The notes under the pieces are model-generated. The model was not told where the DNA came from and ran no database searches. It saw only the letters and a list, made by a program, of their open reading frames with translations. A DNA stretch of 55,120 bases from a virus (lineage: Duplodnaviria > Caudoviricetes). The position numbers were made by a program, and so were the translations under genes. Where the stretch lies: positions 1 through 55,120 of the IMG/VR virus record IMGVR_UViG_3300037560_000072. One strand, 5' to 3'. Below are positions 18,173 to 28,361 of this stretch, one piece after another; position 1 is the first letter of the stretch; the number at the start of each line of letters is the position of its first letter.

Positions 18173-20989
18173 TTAAGCCTGTCTACTTTGGGCCTCAGAG
18201 ATGCCCAATACTCCATGTATCAGCAGGCCCTGTAGCTCAAAGTCCATGTTTCCACCAAGGAACCTCAGACTTGGATATACCCTCACGTCTCCAACGTCCG
18301 TTTTTGCCACACACTTATCCGGTAAGATATTAAGTGTCACTTCAACCTCAGTCAATCTCTGTCGGTTTCTCCACAGTCCCATTCTGATGTAGGCATTGGT
18401 ATCAGATGATCCCGTCTCCCCTCCAAGGTCAGAGAACGCAGCAGACATGGCCGTAGCAATCTTCCTAACAAAAGGATCAATACCTTTCTCTACATCCAAC
18501 TGACTCATTACCAGTTCAGTCACAATGGGGGCTACGGAGTATCTAGTAGTAGTAGCTGTAGATTCTGAAAGACCAGAGACTGTAATCGTAGTATCGCTGT
18601 TGCGTACTGTAATCTCTACGGAGTCCCCCTCCATATCTCCGTTGTGAATATAGACTTGATGTCCAACACAGTTGACTGGAAACACAGCAGCAGTATCAAT
18701 AATCTGAGTAGATGATCCAGTAGTACAGGTACCGTTGACAGTCTCTCCAGCACCAGTACCACACATTGATCGCTTACCCATCTCACGGGCTGCATCTATA
18801 CAGGTCACCACCCCAGCATCATCTATGAAGTATGCTCTCTGCGGACCATCTGTAAGTACATCTTCTCCACCTACCATGAAACTCCATGGACAGTCCTTTA
18901 GCCTGGTAACGGCACCGGTTGACTCCCACAGTATAAAGCACTCATCCTTGGTAGTATTGAAGAAGATCAAGGCACCTAGCGTAGCATCATACTCAAGAGA
19001 AACAGCACCTAAGCTCTGTGCCCACTCCCTATCACTTACGATAATGCGATCCATAGCAGAGATAGACTTTACTGCCCTAGTATTTCCATCAATAGACTTG
19101 ACGCCAGACTTAGTTACGATAAAGAGAACATTCCCTACTCCAGTTGCAGCATAACGTGATACCCCTCCTAACCGGGAGAGTACGCGGGTGAGGGCCAGAG
19201 GTGATCCTGTACGTGTAATCTGGTATACCGACCCATTGGAGATCGCAAAGAGATGGTCACCAGCCTGCTCTAGGGACAGGAACTTCTCTCCGGAATCCTC
19301 TGGTGGATACCTATTCTCAGTTGGGAAATTCTCTGGTTCTAGTTTGCCAGTATGAGACCAACACAGCTCCTCGGTTCTCTGATCTGCCTCATCCCAATCA
19401 TCTTCCAAACTAGATGGCTCTGCAATATCGGTAATACCTACCAACAGTCCGTTGTACTGAGCAATCCTCTTCATTCGTGGGGCCGGACCAAATGCTTCCT
19501 CGATAGCATCAAACTTTGTTTGTGTGACCAGACCGGTGTCAGTATAGTATGTTGTATCTGGTCCATTTTCACTGCTCCTGTACTCAACAGGGGCGTGGTC
19601 CAGTCGTACCTGGTGAAAACCAGAGTTCTCATCATAGAACCCTTTGGGTAGGTACTCGTTCACCATATAGAGTGGTCCAACTGGTGAGTACTTATCAAGA
19701 TTCAAGCCAGACGCAGCCGCATCGCCCTGTGTCCTCCACACTCGGTATCCATCTACATGTGGTATACCCCAATGCAACATACACGAAGTACCGGGAGAGC
19801 CGTTGACGCTCCCGCGTACTTGGTTGGTCTCGGCACCAACTGCTGATGGTAGAACCAATTCATCTACGAAGTATCTCAGTCCGGAACTCTCACTACCCAA
19901 GGCAAACCTGGTACGCATACGCAAGTAGGAACGAAGGCCATGCTTGCTACTGACTAATTCTATTCCTCCAGTATAGTGCCCAACTGGCATTTCCCAGGGA
20001 GTGTGCCCCCCGTCTACCTCGAAACTCATGGAATCTTCAGAATCTGTAGTAGATCCAGATTTTATAGACCAAACCACATTAGTTGCTGTAGACTGTGGAG
20101 CAACCGTTACAACTACAGTATCAGCTCCGTCATCCTTAGAGGCAATAGTCAGAGTCTCAGACCAACTCATACCAGAAGTAGTACCGGCTATAGTAATGAT
20201 GTCACTGGCCGCCACGCCCGACAAATTTGGAGTGTCTCCCGTCAAGTCAATAGTAGTATTAGAGGCAGTAGTTGCACCAGCGACACCTCGTGCTAGTGTA
20301 CTACGAGTATCTTCATTGATTGGTGTAGCCAAGAGACGCATAGGCATGAGACCCATGAATCTACCGTCGAAGCCAGCTACGAACTTATCCCAAGCATTGA
20401 TCTTCCAGTCCCAGAAGTAAGCCTTGTTGTATGGTGGTTCCTTTTTGTCATAGTTTGTAATAGTGGACGAGGTATCTCCAGAAGCCACGAAGTAGATGTA
20501 TTTTCCTTTTGAGGTAATGTCATACTCGCGGAGAGTATCCATTGTAAAGTCAGTCCAGCTTACTAGGTCCTCTAGCATTACTACATCATAATTCAATAGG
20601 GTTGATTGACCATGGCCACCAGCACCCTCAGAATCACGATAGGCAAAGTAAATAGCAGAACCATTGGCATTCTGGTTCTCAGCGATGTAGACAATACCTT
20701 TGATGGTGTGTCTAGTAGCTCCTTTCTGGATGGACACGTACTTAGCATAGATGATAGTGCTAATGGACTCGATAGTAGTTACGCCAGACTCAGGAGCAGG
20801 AACACCATGCACTGTTATGTCTGCCATTCCGGGGAATGGACGTATGGCTCCCAAGAACCTACCGTCTACTCCAGTGGACTCCACCAAACGAGGGTGCTGT
20901 ACTCCAAGTTGATTCTGGCGGAAGTCAGCTCCGGGATAGGTGAGAAGATAAGGCCACCTAGCATTGTTATCGCCACTAAGTTCAGCCAT
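18173..20989 (-). CDS. Tail nozzle / tubular protein B-like (938 aa)
   Basis: Size, beta-rich composition, LCWS...PE.FP motif, position after the adaptor and fibre genes. Confidence 0.6.
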   Translation of the reverse strand: MAELSGDNNARWPYLLTYPGADFRQNQLGVQHPRLVESTGVDGRFLGAIRPFPGMADITVHGVPAPESGVTTIESISTIIYAKYVSIQKGATRHTIKGIVYIAENQNANGSAIYFAYRDSEGAGGHGQSTLLNYDVVMLEDLVSWTDFTMDTLREYDITSKGKYIYFVASGDTSSTITNYDKKEPPYNKAYFWDWKINAWDKFVAGFDGRFMGLMPMRLLATPINEDTRSTLARGVAGATTASNTTIDLTGDTPNLSGVAASDIITIAGTTSGMSWSETLTIASKDDGADTVVVTVAPQSTATNVVWSIKSGSTTDSEDSMSFEVDGGHTPWEMPVGHYTGGIELVSSKHGLRSYLRMRTRFALGSESSGLRYFVDELVLPSAVGAETNQVRGSVNGSPGTSCMLHWGIPHVDGYRVWRTQGDAAASGLNLDKYSPVGPLYMVNEYLPKGFYDENSGFHQVRLDHAPVEYRSSENGPDTTYYTDTGLVTQTKFDAIEEAFGPAPRMKRIAQYNGLLVGITDIAEPSSLEDDWDEADQRTEELCWSHTGKLEPENFPTENRYPPEDSGEKFLSLEQAGDHLFAISNGSVYQITRTGSPLALTRVLSRLGGVSRYAATGVGNVLFIVTKSGVKSIDGNTRAVKSISAMDRIIVSDREWAQSLGAVSLEYDATLGALIFFNTTKDECFILWESTGAVTRLKDCPWSFMVGGEDVLTDGPQRAYFIDDAGVVTCIDAAREMGKRSMCGTGAGETVNGTCTTGSSTQIIDTAAVFPVNCVGHQVYIHNGDMEGDSVEITVRNSDTTITVSGLSESTATTTRYSVAPIVTELVMSQLDVEKGIDPFVRKIATAMSAAFSDLGGETGSSDTNAYIRMGLWRNRQRLTEVEVTLNILPDKCVAKTDVGDVRVYPSLRFLGGNMDFELQGLLIHGVLGISEAQSRQA

Positions 20990-21165
20990 TATTCAGACTC
21001 AACTTCCTCACCGGGTTTGTCCTCTGGTTTAGGGCTGTTCTCTTTTATCCATTTTTGCAGTGACACAGCTAGTTTGCGGCATTGATCGTGTTCGTCGGCC
21101 GATACATGGGCTCTCCTAGTGACCTCATAAAGAACGTTCAATGCTTGAAGAGGACTTACATTCAT
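20989..21165 (-). CDS. Small protein (58 aa), possible fibre chaperone
   Basis: SD AGGAG; stop overlaps the next start; not in the ORF track. Confidence 0.45.
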   Translation of the reverse strand: MNVSPLQALNVLYEVTRRAHVSADEHDQCRKLAVSLQKWIKENSPKPEDKPGEEVESE

Positions 21166-21183
21166 TTTGTTTCTCCTGTTCTG

Positions 21184-23364
21184 TTAGTTTTCCGTAGTAC
21201 TGTCCGTAATATAGCCGGATGTTGCCAGTGCTGCCAGTAGATTTTTCACTGCCTCTTCCGGTACATCCCGAGCCCCAGTGATTTCCGGCCTGGCCACGGC
21301 TGCCGCTCCGAGAACTCCCAGCTTCGGTATCCCGCCCGTGGCACCGTCCAACGAAAGGATTAGCTGCTCACCTGCGTATGCCTTCATAGTGTCGGCAACC
21401 GACCAGTCGAAGCTCGCGTCGGGGTTGGTCATCACACCGCCCCCGCCTACAGTCGGGCCGAACGTCAGAGTGCCGTCATGTAACACAACGTCATCGGTGC
21501 CGACGATCATCCAGATACCTGACGTGTCGTCCGCTCCGATGAATACGCCGTCGCCGCTGCCTCCGCTATGCCCGATGCTGTTACTGCCCGAGAAGAGAAT
21601 GGTCGCACCGTCCAGCTCCAACGACATATTGCCGTCCGCCTCCAGCGTCATCACGTTGGTGTTTTCGCCGGTCTGGAATTCCATCCGGGCGTGACTAGCG
21701 GAACGCATGAAGCAGCGGATGCTAGCTCGCACAACCATTGAACCACCCACTTGAGCAGACCAGCTATTCGTACCGATTCGGTTGCCTTCCTCCACATTAG
21801 TTGGACTATCGAGCGTGCCCTTGCTGCACCGCAACTGGAGTCCTGGCTGGTCCGCGGCCGTGTTGGAATGGACACCTATGACGATGAAAGCTGGCATACC
21901 ATCCCGCCGAACATCTATCCGAAAATTGTCGTTCTCGATCGTCGGCCGACCAACTAGCAACACCACACCCTCGGGGGCTTCACCGTCACCGGTTAGTCGC
22001 ATACCCTCGGTACCGGCTCGCTCAAAAATGATGTCGTCACTCGGCGAATTCAGAACGAGATCACCGGTCGTATCGACCAGCTCGAACCCGCCCATGTCAA
22101 AATCACCACCAGCCGTCGGAGATGTATCCTCAACAACATCCTTCAGGTACTGTGTATGATCGTCATCTAATAATCCCGCCAATTGACCATGATCTGTTAC
22201 TCCACCACCACCTCCAGTGGGAATCTTTCGTATGGCTGCGTAGTCAATAAAAATGTTGTGGGTAATATTACCATTTGACGAATGGTTTATCCGTGTATTG
22301 ACAACTCCCCCGCCCGTGACGTACTTAGAACCATTGATAATATCGTAGGTCAAGTAACCAAAGTCAGAACCACCATTCGGAATTGTTCCAAGAACATCCC
22401 ACCCCAAACCAACTTGGTCATAAATCTCGACGTTGACTGTGTGTGCCAAAGATCCATCATAGTAGACATGTAGGTCTAATCGTGTAGGAGTTTCTGTAAT
22501 ACTAACATAATCAATCTCGATCATAAACCCCGGAGAGCCCACAACCTCACTGACCTCCAGAGCATCAGCATCGTCAAGAGTCTGAAGAGAAGCTACGTTC
22601 CCAGAATCCTGGGTTCCAGTGGATACTGTTACACTGTCTGGAACATAATCTACTGGAATAACAAGATCGTCTATGTATAGCTTAGTAGCAAGATCAGCAT
22701 CGGCTACCGGTGTAATTCCCCCGACAGTTCCTGAAAAGTCCCTTGTACCGTCAGCCAAACTATAGATGGTATGGTCATCGTCCCCCAGCCCACTCAATCC
22801 ACCATGGTCATGGACGTGCAAAGAATTGGCCTCGCTACCATCAGTAAGGGTATCCAGCTCTGCTCCTGTAGCAGTAGTATCATCATGTGAAGCTATACTA
22901 TGGGCTTCAGAGTGATGGTCATCAGCCGACACGTCATCCAGGTTGTCATGGCTCTTTGTGGTTAGGTTATTCAGGTCCTCAGCAGCAAAGTCGGTCGTAA
23001 AGTCAGAGGTCTCATAGTGGGATAGGTCAGTAACATCAGCCTCGACGTGGGTGTGGCTTTCTAGGCCGCCCTCTATTACGATAATAGTTGACTCGGTAGT
23101 GGTAAGACGAGTATTAAGAGAAGACACATCTCCTATGCCAGAGCTAGACAAATCAGACGGACTCAAGCTAGGAACTCGTATGCCCTCATTCTGATCCTGA
23201 TCTAAAACCGGGAGAGAAAAGGGGCCATCCTCGTCTACAGGCTCAGCAAACAAACCTCTCCCGGTTGAAAGAGTAGATGGAAGCAGTGACTGATCCAGTG
23301 GCTTATCCACTAGAGGAGTACCAACAGGTCTGTCCTTATTCCAGAACTTCACTACACAAGCCAC
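21184..23364 (-). CDS. Tail fibre / receptor-binding protein
   Basis: His-rich fibre repeats (HTH.EAD, DHG.L.GL.DDDH twice), ATK.YID, beta-rich C-terminus. Confidence 0.7.
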   Translation of the reverse strand: MACVVKFWNKDRPVGTPLVDKPLDQSLLPSTLSTGRGLFAEPVDEDGPFSLPVLDQDQNEGIRVPSLSPSDLSSSGIGDVSSLNTRLTTTESTIIVIEGGLESHTHVEADVTDLSHYETSDFTTDFAAEDLNNLTTKSHDNLDDVSADDHHSEAHSIASHDDTTATGAELDTLTDGSEANSLHVHDHGGLSGLGDDDHTIYSLADGTRDFSGTVGGITPVADADLATKLYIDDLVIPVDYVPDSVTVSTGTQDSGNVASLQTLDDADALEVSEVVGSPGFMIEIDYVSITETPTRLDLHVYYDGSLAHTVNVEIYDQVGLGWDVLGTIPNGGSDFGYLTYDIINGSKYVTGGGVVNTRINHSSNGNITHNIFIDYAAIRKIPTGGGGGVTDHGQLAGLLDDDHTQYLKDVVEDTSPTAGGDFDMGGFELVDTTGDLVLNSPSDDIIFERAGTEGMRLTGDGEAPEGVVLLVGRPTIENDNFRIDVRRDGMPAFIVIGVHSNTAADQPGLQLRCSKGTLDSPTNVEEGNRIGTNSWSAQVGGSMVVRASIRCFMRSASHARMEFQTGENTNVMTLEADGNMSLELDGATILFSGSNSIGHSGGSGDGVFIGADDTSGIWMIVGTDDVVLHDGTLTFGPTVGGGGVMTNPDASFDWSVADTMKAYAGEQLILSLDGATGGIPKLGVLGAAAVARPEITGARDVPEEAVKNLLAALATSGYITDSTTEN

Positions 23365-25157
23365 CCAAAATAATCGCCACGATCGTCATTGTCTGCCGTG
23401 TCACCAATAGCATGACTCCCAAATCTGGAAGACTTCTTTGAAACCAATTGACGCAGTGCTCTGATCTTCACAAGGTACCGACGCTCAAGCAACTGAAGCC
23501 TTTTCTTGTTGCCCTCATTACCAAGAATATCCATTGCTGCATTCATGCACGCGGCATGTTTGATAATATTACTGTACGTTGGCAAGACTTCATAAATCGT
23601 ACTACCAGTAAGAGAAGGACTGAAGTCTGTTGTCAGCGTAGCAACAAGAGTCGTATTGACATAGGAGTCGATAGTACGCTCCTGTATGTAGCCCGTAGTA
23701 TCTTCAAGAATACGACACAAGTATCCGGCATAAGCATTCGCACGAGTATCCAAAGTTCCATCAGTAGCAGAGGTTGCGAAGGTGATAGTACTATCCGTAG
23801 TAGACTGGGCCGTTCCCTTGTGCATGAAACTCTCCCCGTTGGGAACGTATAGCACCTCCAGAACGTCCGTGCTTCTCCAGTCAGTCAGAAGACGGAACTC
23901 GTTGCCCTCGATAACAAAACCAGACTGGTGGGCAGACCAGTGATTGTCCGACCATGCTTCGTAGACTGGCCTGATAGGAGTGACCGTACTCATCTTACGG
24001 ACAGCCCAAATCTCTCCCACGTTGGGCGGCAGTATGTAGGTCTGCTGACCAGACACTAGGGTAATGTCAAACCTACAGAGAATGTTGTGGTCAGAGTTAA
24101 TATGCAACTCGGCCATCACGGTCGACATAGCAGAGGTCAGTTGCTCTACTATATCTGAGTCGGTATACTTTGGAACCAGAGAAGGCTCATCGGTCATTCG
24201 ACGTATGAGAGTAACACAGTCAGAGAGAAATCCGCTGCCTGACAGAGCGGAAGCACCGACCACAGATGGAGCAACAAGAGTATCAATTGCATCCCTAATC
24301 TCCGTTAGACTGTCCGTACCTGTAGAGAATCCACTTCCAGCCATACTATCCAGCAGCTCACGAATGGACTCCTGTGAATCGGTAGCCGCAGCATAAGTCC
24401 CCACGTCCGACGGATCACTGGCAGTCTTGTCCATCATAGCACTTACATGGCCATGAAGACTGTCACTTCCTGAACCAAACCCAGTAGACAAACTGGTAAG
24501 AGCAGCAAGAGTAGTTGTATCAGCAGCCCACACCTCCACAAGGTCACCGCTGTTGGGAGTAAAGTCTAAATCGGTATCTACAATAAACGACGGGTCACTA
24601 TCATCGTAGTCTGATATTGTACGCAAGTTGAATTGTCCCGTACTCTTAGAGCCGGTATCCCACACAAAGAGCAACATATTATTGTAGTTGTCGTCTGCAC
24701 CTCCAGACGGTGGATCACTAGGCTGGACAAACACCTTAGAAGCTGTGGAGCTGTTCGTTGAGGTACCATTGAATACCCTAGAGGAAACACTGTCTGTCAA
24801 GTCAGCATCAGGGTCAGTTCCTACCAGTTGTATTTCTTCAGGAGGAGAAGAGAAACCAGTGCCAGTTACGTACAGAATCACATGGCTCACACCAGAAGCG
24901 AAAGCGGCATCAGGCCAATCTACACGATAGAGGCCTGGAGAAGAGGTGCCGTCTACTTCATATATCTTGTTGTCACCATGAGCAGCATCAGTAGCACCTA
25001 AATCTCCGGCATCAGCCTTAGCAGCAGGGGCAGCCCCAACTCTAGTGTACTGCATATCAAGATCAGTAACGGTAATCCCCGTTTCCGGGGACCCGTCCGA
25101 GGAGTCTACGATCATTACGTACCGGGTGACATCAGCAGTCCCAACTTGGATATCCAT
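23352..25157 (-). CDS. Head-tail adaptor-like protein with N-terminal extra domains
   Basis: C-terminal half (IRRMTDEP...YTDSDI...ITLVSGQQTY.LP) resembles podoviral adaptors. Confidence 0.55.
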   Translation of the reverse strand: MDIQVGTADVTRYVMIVDSSDGSPETGITVTDLDMQYTRVGAAPAAKADAGDLGATDAAHGDNKIYEVDGTSSPGLYRVDWPDAAFASGVSHVILYVTGTGFSSPPEEIQLVGTDPDADLTDSVSSRVFNGTSTNSSTASKVFVQPSDPPSGGADDNYNNMLLFVWDTGSKSTGQFNLRTISDYDDSDPSFIVDTDLDFTPNSGDLVEVWAADTTTLAALTSLSTGFGSGSDSLHGHVSAMMDKTASDPSDVGTYAAATDSQESIRELLDSMAGSGFSTGTDSLTEIRDAIDTLVAPSVVGASALSGSGFLSDCVTLIRRMTDEPSLVPKYTDSDIVEQLTSAMSTVMAELHINSDHNILCRFDITLVSGQQTYILPPNVGEIWAVRKMSTVTPIRPVYEAWSDNHWSAHQSGFVIEGNEFRLLTDWRSTDVLEVLYVPNGESFMHKGTAQSTTDSTITFATSATDGTLDTRANAYAGYLCRILEDTTGYIQERTIDSYVNTTLVATLTTDFSPSLTGSTIYEVLPTYSNIIKHAACMNAAMDILGNEGNKKRLQLLERRYLVKIRALRQLVSKKSSRFGSHAIGDTADNDDRGDYFGWLV

Positions 25158-26218
25158 TAAAGCTGCTTTCCGCCTCTCTTGTTAGCACCACCAGGCCCAC
25201 CAGGACCAGTAGACTCCATCGACCCAATGTCCATACGTTGAGTACCACCAGCTAAGATTGACCCATCGTACCCAGCATCACGAGCAGGAGAAGCGACTGT
25301 TAAAGCATAATCTTGGCTACCTTCGTCAACGAAAGCTGGTGCCGATGTTACCTCCCCACTATAGGTTCCTGCACCATTGATGTAGTTGTTGGTATTGGAA
25401 TTCACCAAGTTGTTTCGTGAGATAAACGCCTCTCCATTGGAGAAATCTATACCATTAGTACAGTCATACAGGATACAATTTACTATTGCCCCAAAGTGTC
25501 GAAAAGCCACACTCTGATTTAGACCATTCACAGTATCCTTACCGTCTCCGTCTACAGTACAGTTCACCATGAGCGTAACAACATCATGGGAAGCACCGGA
25601 ATCCATAGCAGTAGTACCATTACTAAAGAAGGTACAGAAGACTGCTAAGGTCGTACCAGATCCATCTAGTCCTGATCCCCCATTACTCATGAATTCACAA
25701 CCGATGAAGATACCATTACTCTGGCAGGCACACCCATCAGCACTATTACTATTGAACTTACAGTTTTCAAAAGCATGAAGCAAACCCACTAACGCTCCAT
25801 GCCCACTAACTGTACCGTTGCCAATGAATTCACAATTTTTCCAGGTAAACCTGTCTACGTCATTAAGGTCTATCCCGTGGCTGGTATGATTCTGTATAAT
25901 GAAGTTCTTGAAGACGTAGTTGGTATTGCCAGCGAAGCCAGATTCTACAATTCCACTTGCTCGTGCAGCTCCACCGTCTATAGTGACCTTTCCGCCATCT
26001 CCGGTAGAAGACGTATACCCCTCAATTACAATAGGAGTATTCCATGTTGCTTGATGCCCATCAATGTCTACAGTCTCGGTATAGCTAGCAGTAGCCTTAA
26101 CCCAAACCTTATCCCCATCCCCCAAGCCAGCCATAGCCTGATCTATAGTCAACCAGGGATTGGCTTCAGTTCCGGAGTCCGTACCCCCATGACCAGCTTC
26201 GACGTAGTACGTTGCCAT
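25157..26218 (-). CDS. Right-handed beta-helix protein (pectate-lyase-like fold)
   Basis: ATYYV...GT..NPW.TI..A start, repeated NC.F..N...G turns, DY.L...SPA.DAG...DIG..E end. Confidence 0.7.
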   Translation of the reverse strand: MATYYVEAGHGGTDSGTEANPWLTIDQAMAGLGDGDKVWVKATASYTETVDIDGHQATWNTPIVIEGYTSSTGDGGKVTIDGGAARASGIVESGFAGNTNYVFKNFIIQNHTSHGIDLNDVDRFTWKNCEFIGNGTVSGHGALVGLLHAFENCKFNSNSADGCACQSNGIFIGCEFMSNGGSGLDGSGTTLAVFCTFFSNGTTAMDSGASHDVVTLMVNCTVDGDGKDTVNGLNQSVAFRHFGAIVNCILYDCTNGIDFSNGEAFISRNNLVNSNTNNYINGAGTYSGEVTSAPAFVDEGSQDYALTVASPARDAGYDGSILAGGTQRMDIGSMESTGPGGPGGANKRGGKQL

Positions 26219-26658
26219 TATAGAGTTCTCGGAGGCAGGACAGCTCCCCCACTCATTGGAGTACTAAAGGCATACGGAATTGGTGCCTTGTCCTTAGTCT
26301 TCTTCTTCAGCCAGTCCCACCTCTCTTGATCCTCCATGATAGCTTCATTCTGCTTACGAATAGTATTTCTTTCTCGGGAGAGTATTCGTTTCTTCTTCGC
26401 TTTGAAGTTAACTGGTCCATAACACTGCACAATCATCTGGACAAAACCGGGAGAGACAGCCTCAAAGTTAGGACCCAGGTCTTCGATCTCCTCAACGATA
26501 CGTTTTCCTTTGTGCATCCAGAACGCGAGAATCCACATGCCTGTCTGGGAGTGCCAGAAAGTCATAACGTCTTCCTCTCCCAGTTTTCGTCGAAAGAACT
26601 TAGCTACGTTGGTATCCTTAACCAGGTGGATACGCGGATTCAAAACCGTTACTGACAT
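26218..26658 (-). CDS. Hypothetical protein
   Basis: 146-aa ORF with SD GAGG. Confidence 0.6.
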   Translation of the reverse strand: MSVTVLNPRIHLVKDTNVAKFFRRKLGEEDVMTFWHSQTGMWILAFWMHKGKRIVEEIEDLGPNFEAVSPGFVQMIVQCYGPVNFKAKKKRILSRERNTIRKQNEAIMEDQERWDWLKKKTKDKAPIPYAFSTPMSGGAVLPPRTL

Positions 26659-26684
26659 TTTACCTCCCCACTCTCCTAGCCTCC

Positions 26685-26729
26685 AAAAATTGGAGCGGCC
26701 CTCCCAGTTATTAGCCGGTCAGGCCGCTC
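26685..26729 (-). terminator. Intrinsic terminator after the major capsid gene
   Basis: GAGCGGCC / GGCCGCTC stem followed by a T-tract on the - strand. Confidence 0.6.
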
Positions 26730-26763
26730 TTCAGGAGGAGGAGATCAGTTACTTACTCAATTC

Positions 26764-28260
26764 TTACCCAAGCACCTCACGGATTCCACTCAGCTTCATG
26801 AACTGAGGCTGCGTGGGCATACAATTCCACTGCCTAATGAATGGAGCCTCAAGGAAGTCGGTGGTTGCACCGGACCCACCATGAGCATGTTTGAAGATGC
26901 CCTGGTAGCCACCGGACCCACCCATGGGAGCAATGAACTCAACTTCGGTACCAAACCGCGAGTCCACCTTTGCACCTGGAAGTGACGGGGGAACGTATCG
27001 AGTAATTCCACCGTTCTTCAGTTTCCCGGTGTAGAAGGTTCCACTGTTTGCATAGGTGGACGTGTAAATCTCACACGGCCTAGAAGCAAACCGATAGCGG
27101 AATGACTCCCAACCCGCGTCCACCTCAAGGGCACGGCCGTTACGATCATACCGGAACCGGCCAGGCTGGTCAGCCACAGCCGCATTATAGGTATCCAGGT
27201 TGTCAATGAAGCCAATGAGAACACCCATCGTAGTGATCGCAGCGTCCAGCTTCTTGCCGGGGAAGGACTCATAGAACTTGGCATAGTGCCTATTCAGAGT
27301 ACTCTCCGTCAGAGCAGCATTGATGGCACCCGGAACGTAACTCTTGAACTGAGAGTTGTCCGCAACCGGAATTCCGAAGAAGTCGGTTACCGTAGTGCCG
27401 TCCGCAATCCATGACTCCAGAGAGTTTGGAGCCACACCAACCGAATCCTTAATGACGAGGATGTCATTGTCACACCCAGTACCCGCGAAGGTAACACCGC
27501 CACCGAGAACCGTATCAGTCTGGAAGGTTCCACCATCTACACGTCTGAGCGTAATCTTGTTATCCAACGGATCTACGTTGTCAACAGCAATGTAGAAGTT
27601 GGTATTACGCTTAGTTCCATCAGTAGCGTCATACTGGTCTACCAGCATTCCACCACGGAACCTATGAACTCGACCGCTAGCATCAGTACCTGAGAGGTCA
27701 ATCTCGACCGCTGCCGTATCACCAGACTTGTTGGCAACATTGGCACTTGCATCCCCCATATCCGCGAGAGCAAAGTTGGTCGTGTCGGTGCTATAGAATA
27801 CCGCCGCTTCCTGTTGAGCCAGGAGGTCACCCACACCCTTGAGGTTCTGAGCAACCACCGACCCAATGCTTGCATTCAGACGGTCAGCCCGAAGGATCTG
27901 ATGGGGAAGGTAGAAGTTACCTCGGTGCTCCACAAGCTGAATGGTCGTCTGAATGAAGGCCGGAGCCGTCACTTCGTCCACCGCTTGGAAGGACTGAGGA
28001 GTATCGTACATGGTGAAGTTGTTAGTTCCGGTCACGACGTTACCGCCGACCGGACTCGTAAACTTAGCACCGCCCGCTAGTCCAGCAACCCAGGTCTTGA
28101 GGACGTTCCACCCACGACCAATACCCCGGTTACGCACCACGTTGGTACTAGACCGAGCGATCATCGGATAGATGGGGTCCAAGGCCCACAGAGACTCAAA
28201 AATCGTGGGAACGATCTTCTGCTCCAAGGTAAACTGTACTGCATCGCTAATCGTAGCCAT
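26764..28260 (-). CDS. Major capsid protein
   Basis: 498 aa; follows portal and scaffold; strong SD GGAGGAGG; downstream terminator. Confidence 0.75.
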   Translation of the reverse strand: MATISDAVQFTLEQKIVPTIFESLWALDPIYPMIARSSTNVVRNRGIGRGWNVLKTWVAGLAGGAKFTSPVGGNVVTGTNNFTMYDTPQSFQAVDEVTAPAFIQTTIQLVEHRGNFYLPHQILRADRLNASIGSVVAQNLKGVGDLLAQQEAAVFYSTDTTNFALADMGDASANVANKSGDTAAVEIDLSGTDASGRVHRFRGGMLVDQYDATDGTKRNTNFYIAVDNVDPLDNKITLRRVDGGTFQTDTVLGGGVTFAGTGCDNDILVIKDSVGVAPNSLESWIADGTTVTDFFGIPVADNSQFKSYVPGAINAALTESTLNRHYAKFYESFPGKKLDAAITTMGVLIGFIDNLDTYNAAVADQPGRFRYDRNGRALEVDAGWESFRYRFASRPCEIYTSTYANSGTFYTGKLKNGGITRYVPPSLPGAKVDSRFGTEVEFIAPMGGSGGYQGIFKHAHGGSGATTDFLEAPFIRQWNCMPTQPQFMKLSGIREVLG

Positions 28261-28361
28261 TTGTCACTCCGTCCTCCTCCTGGACAGAGACGTAAACTCA
28301 CCCCACGCTTTTACTTACAACCTGGCTACGCAGATATGTGGGACATCATCTGCACTTCGTG

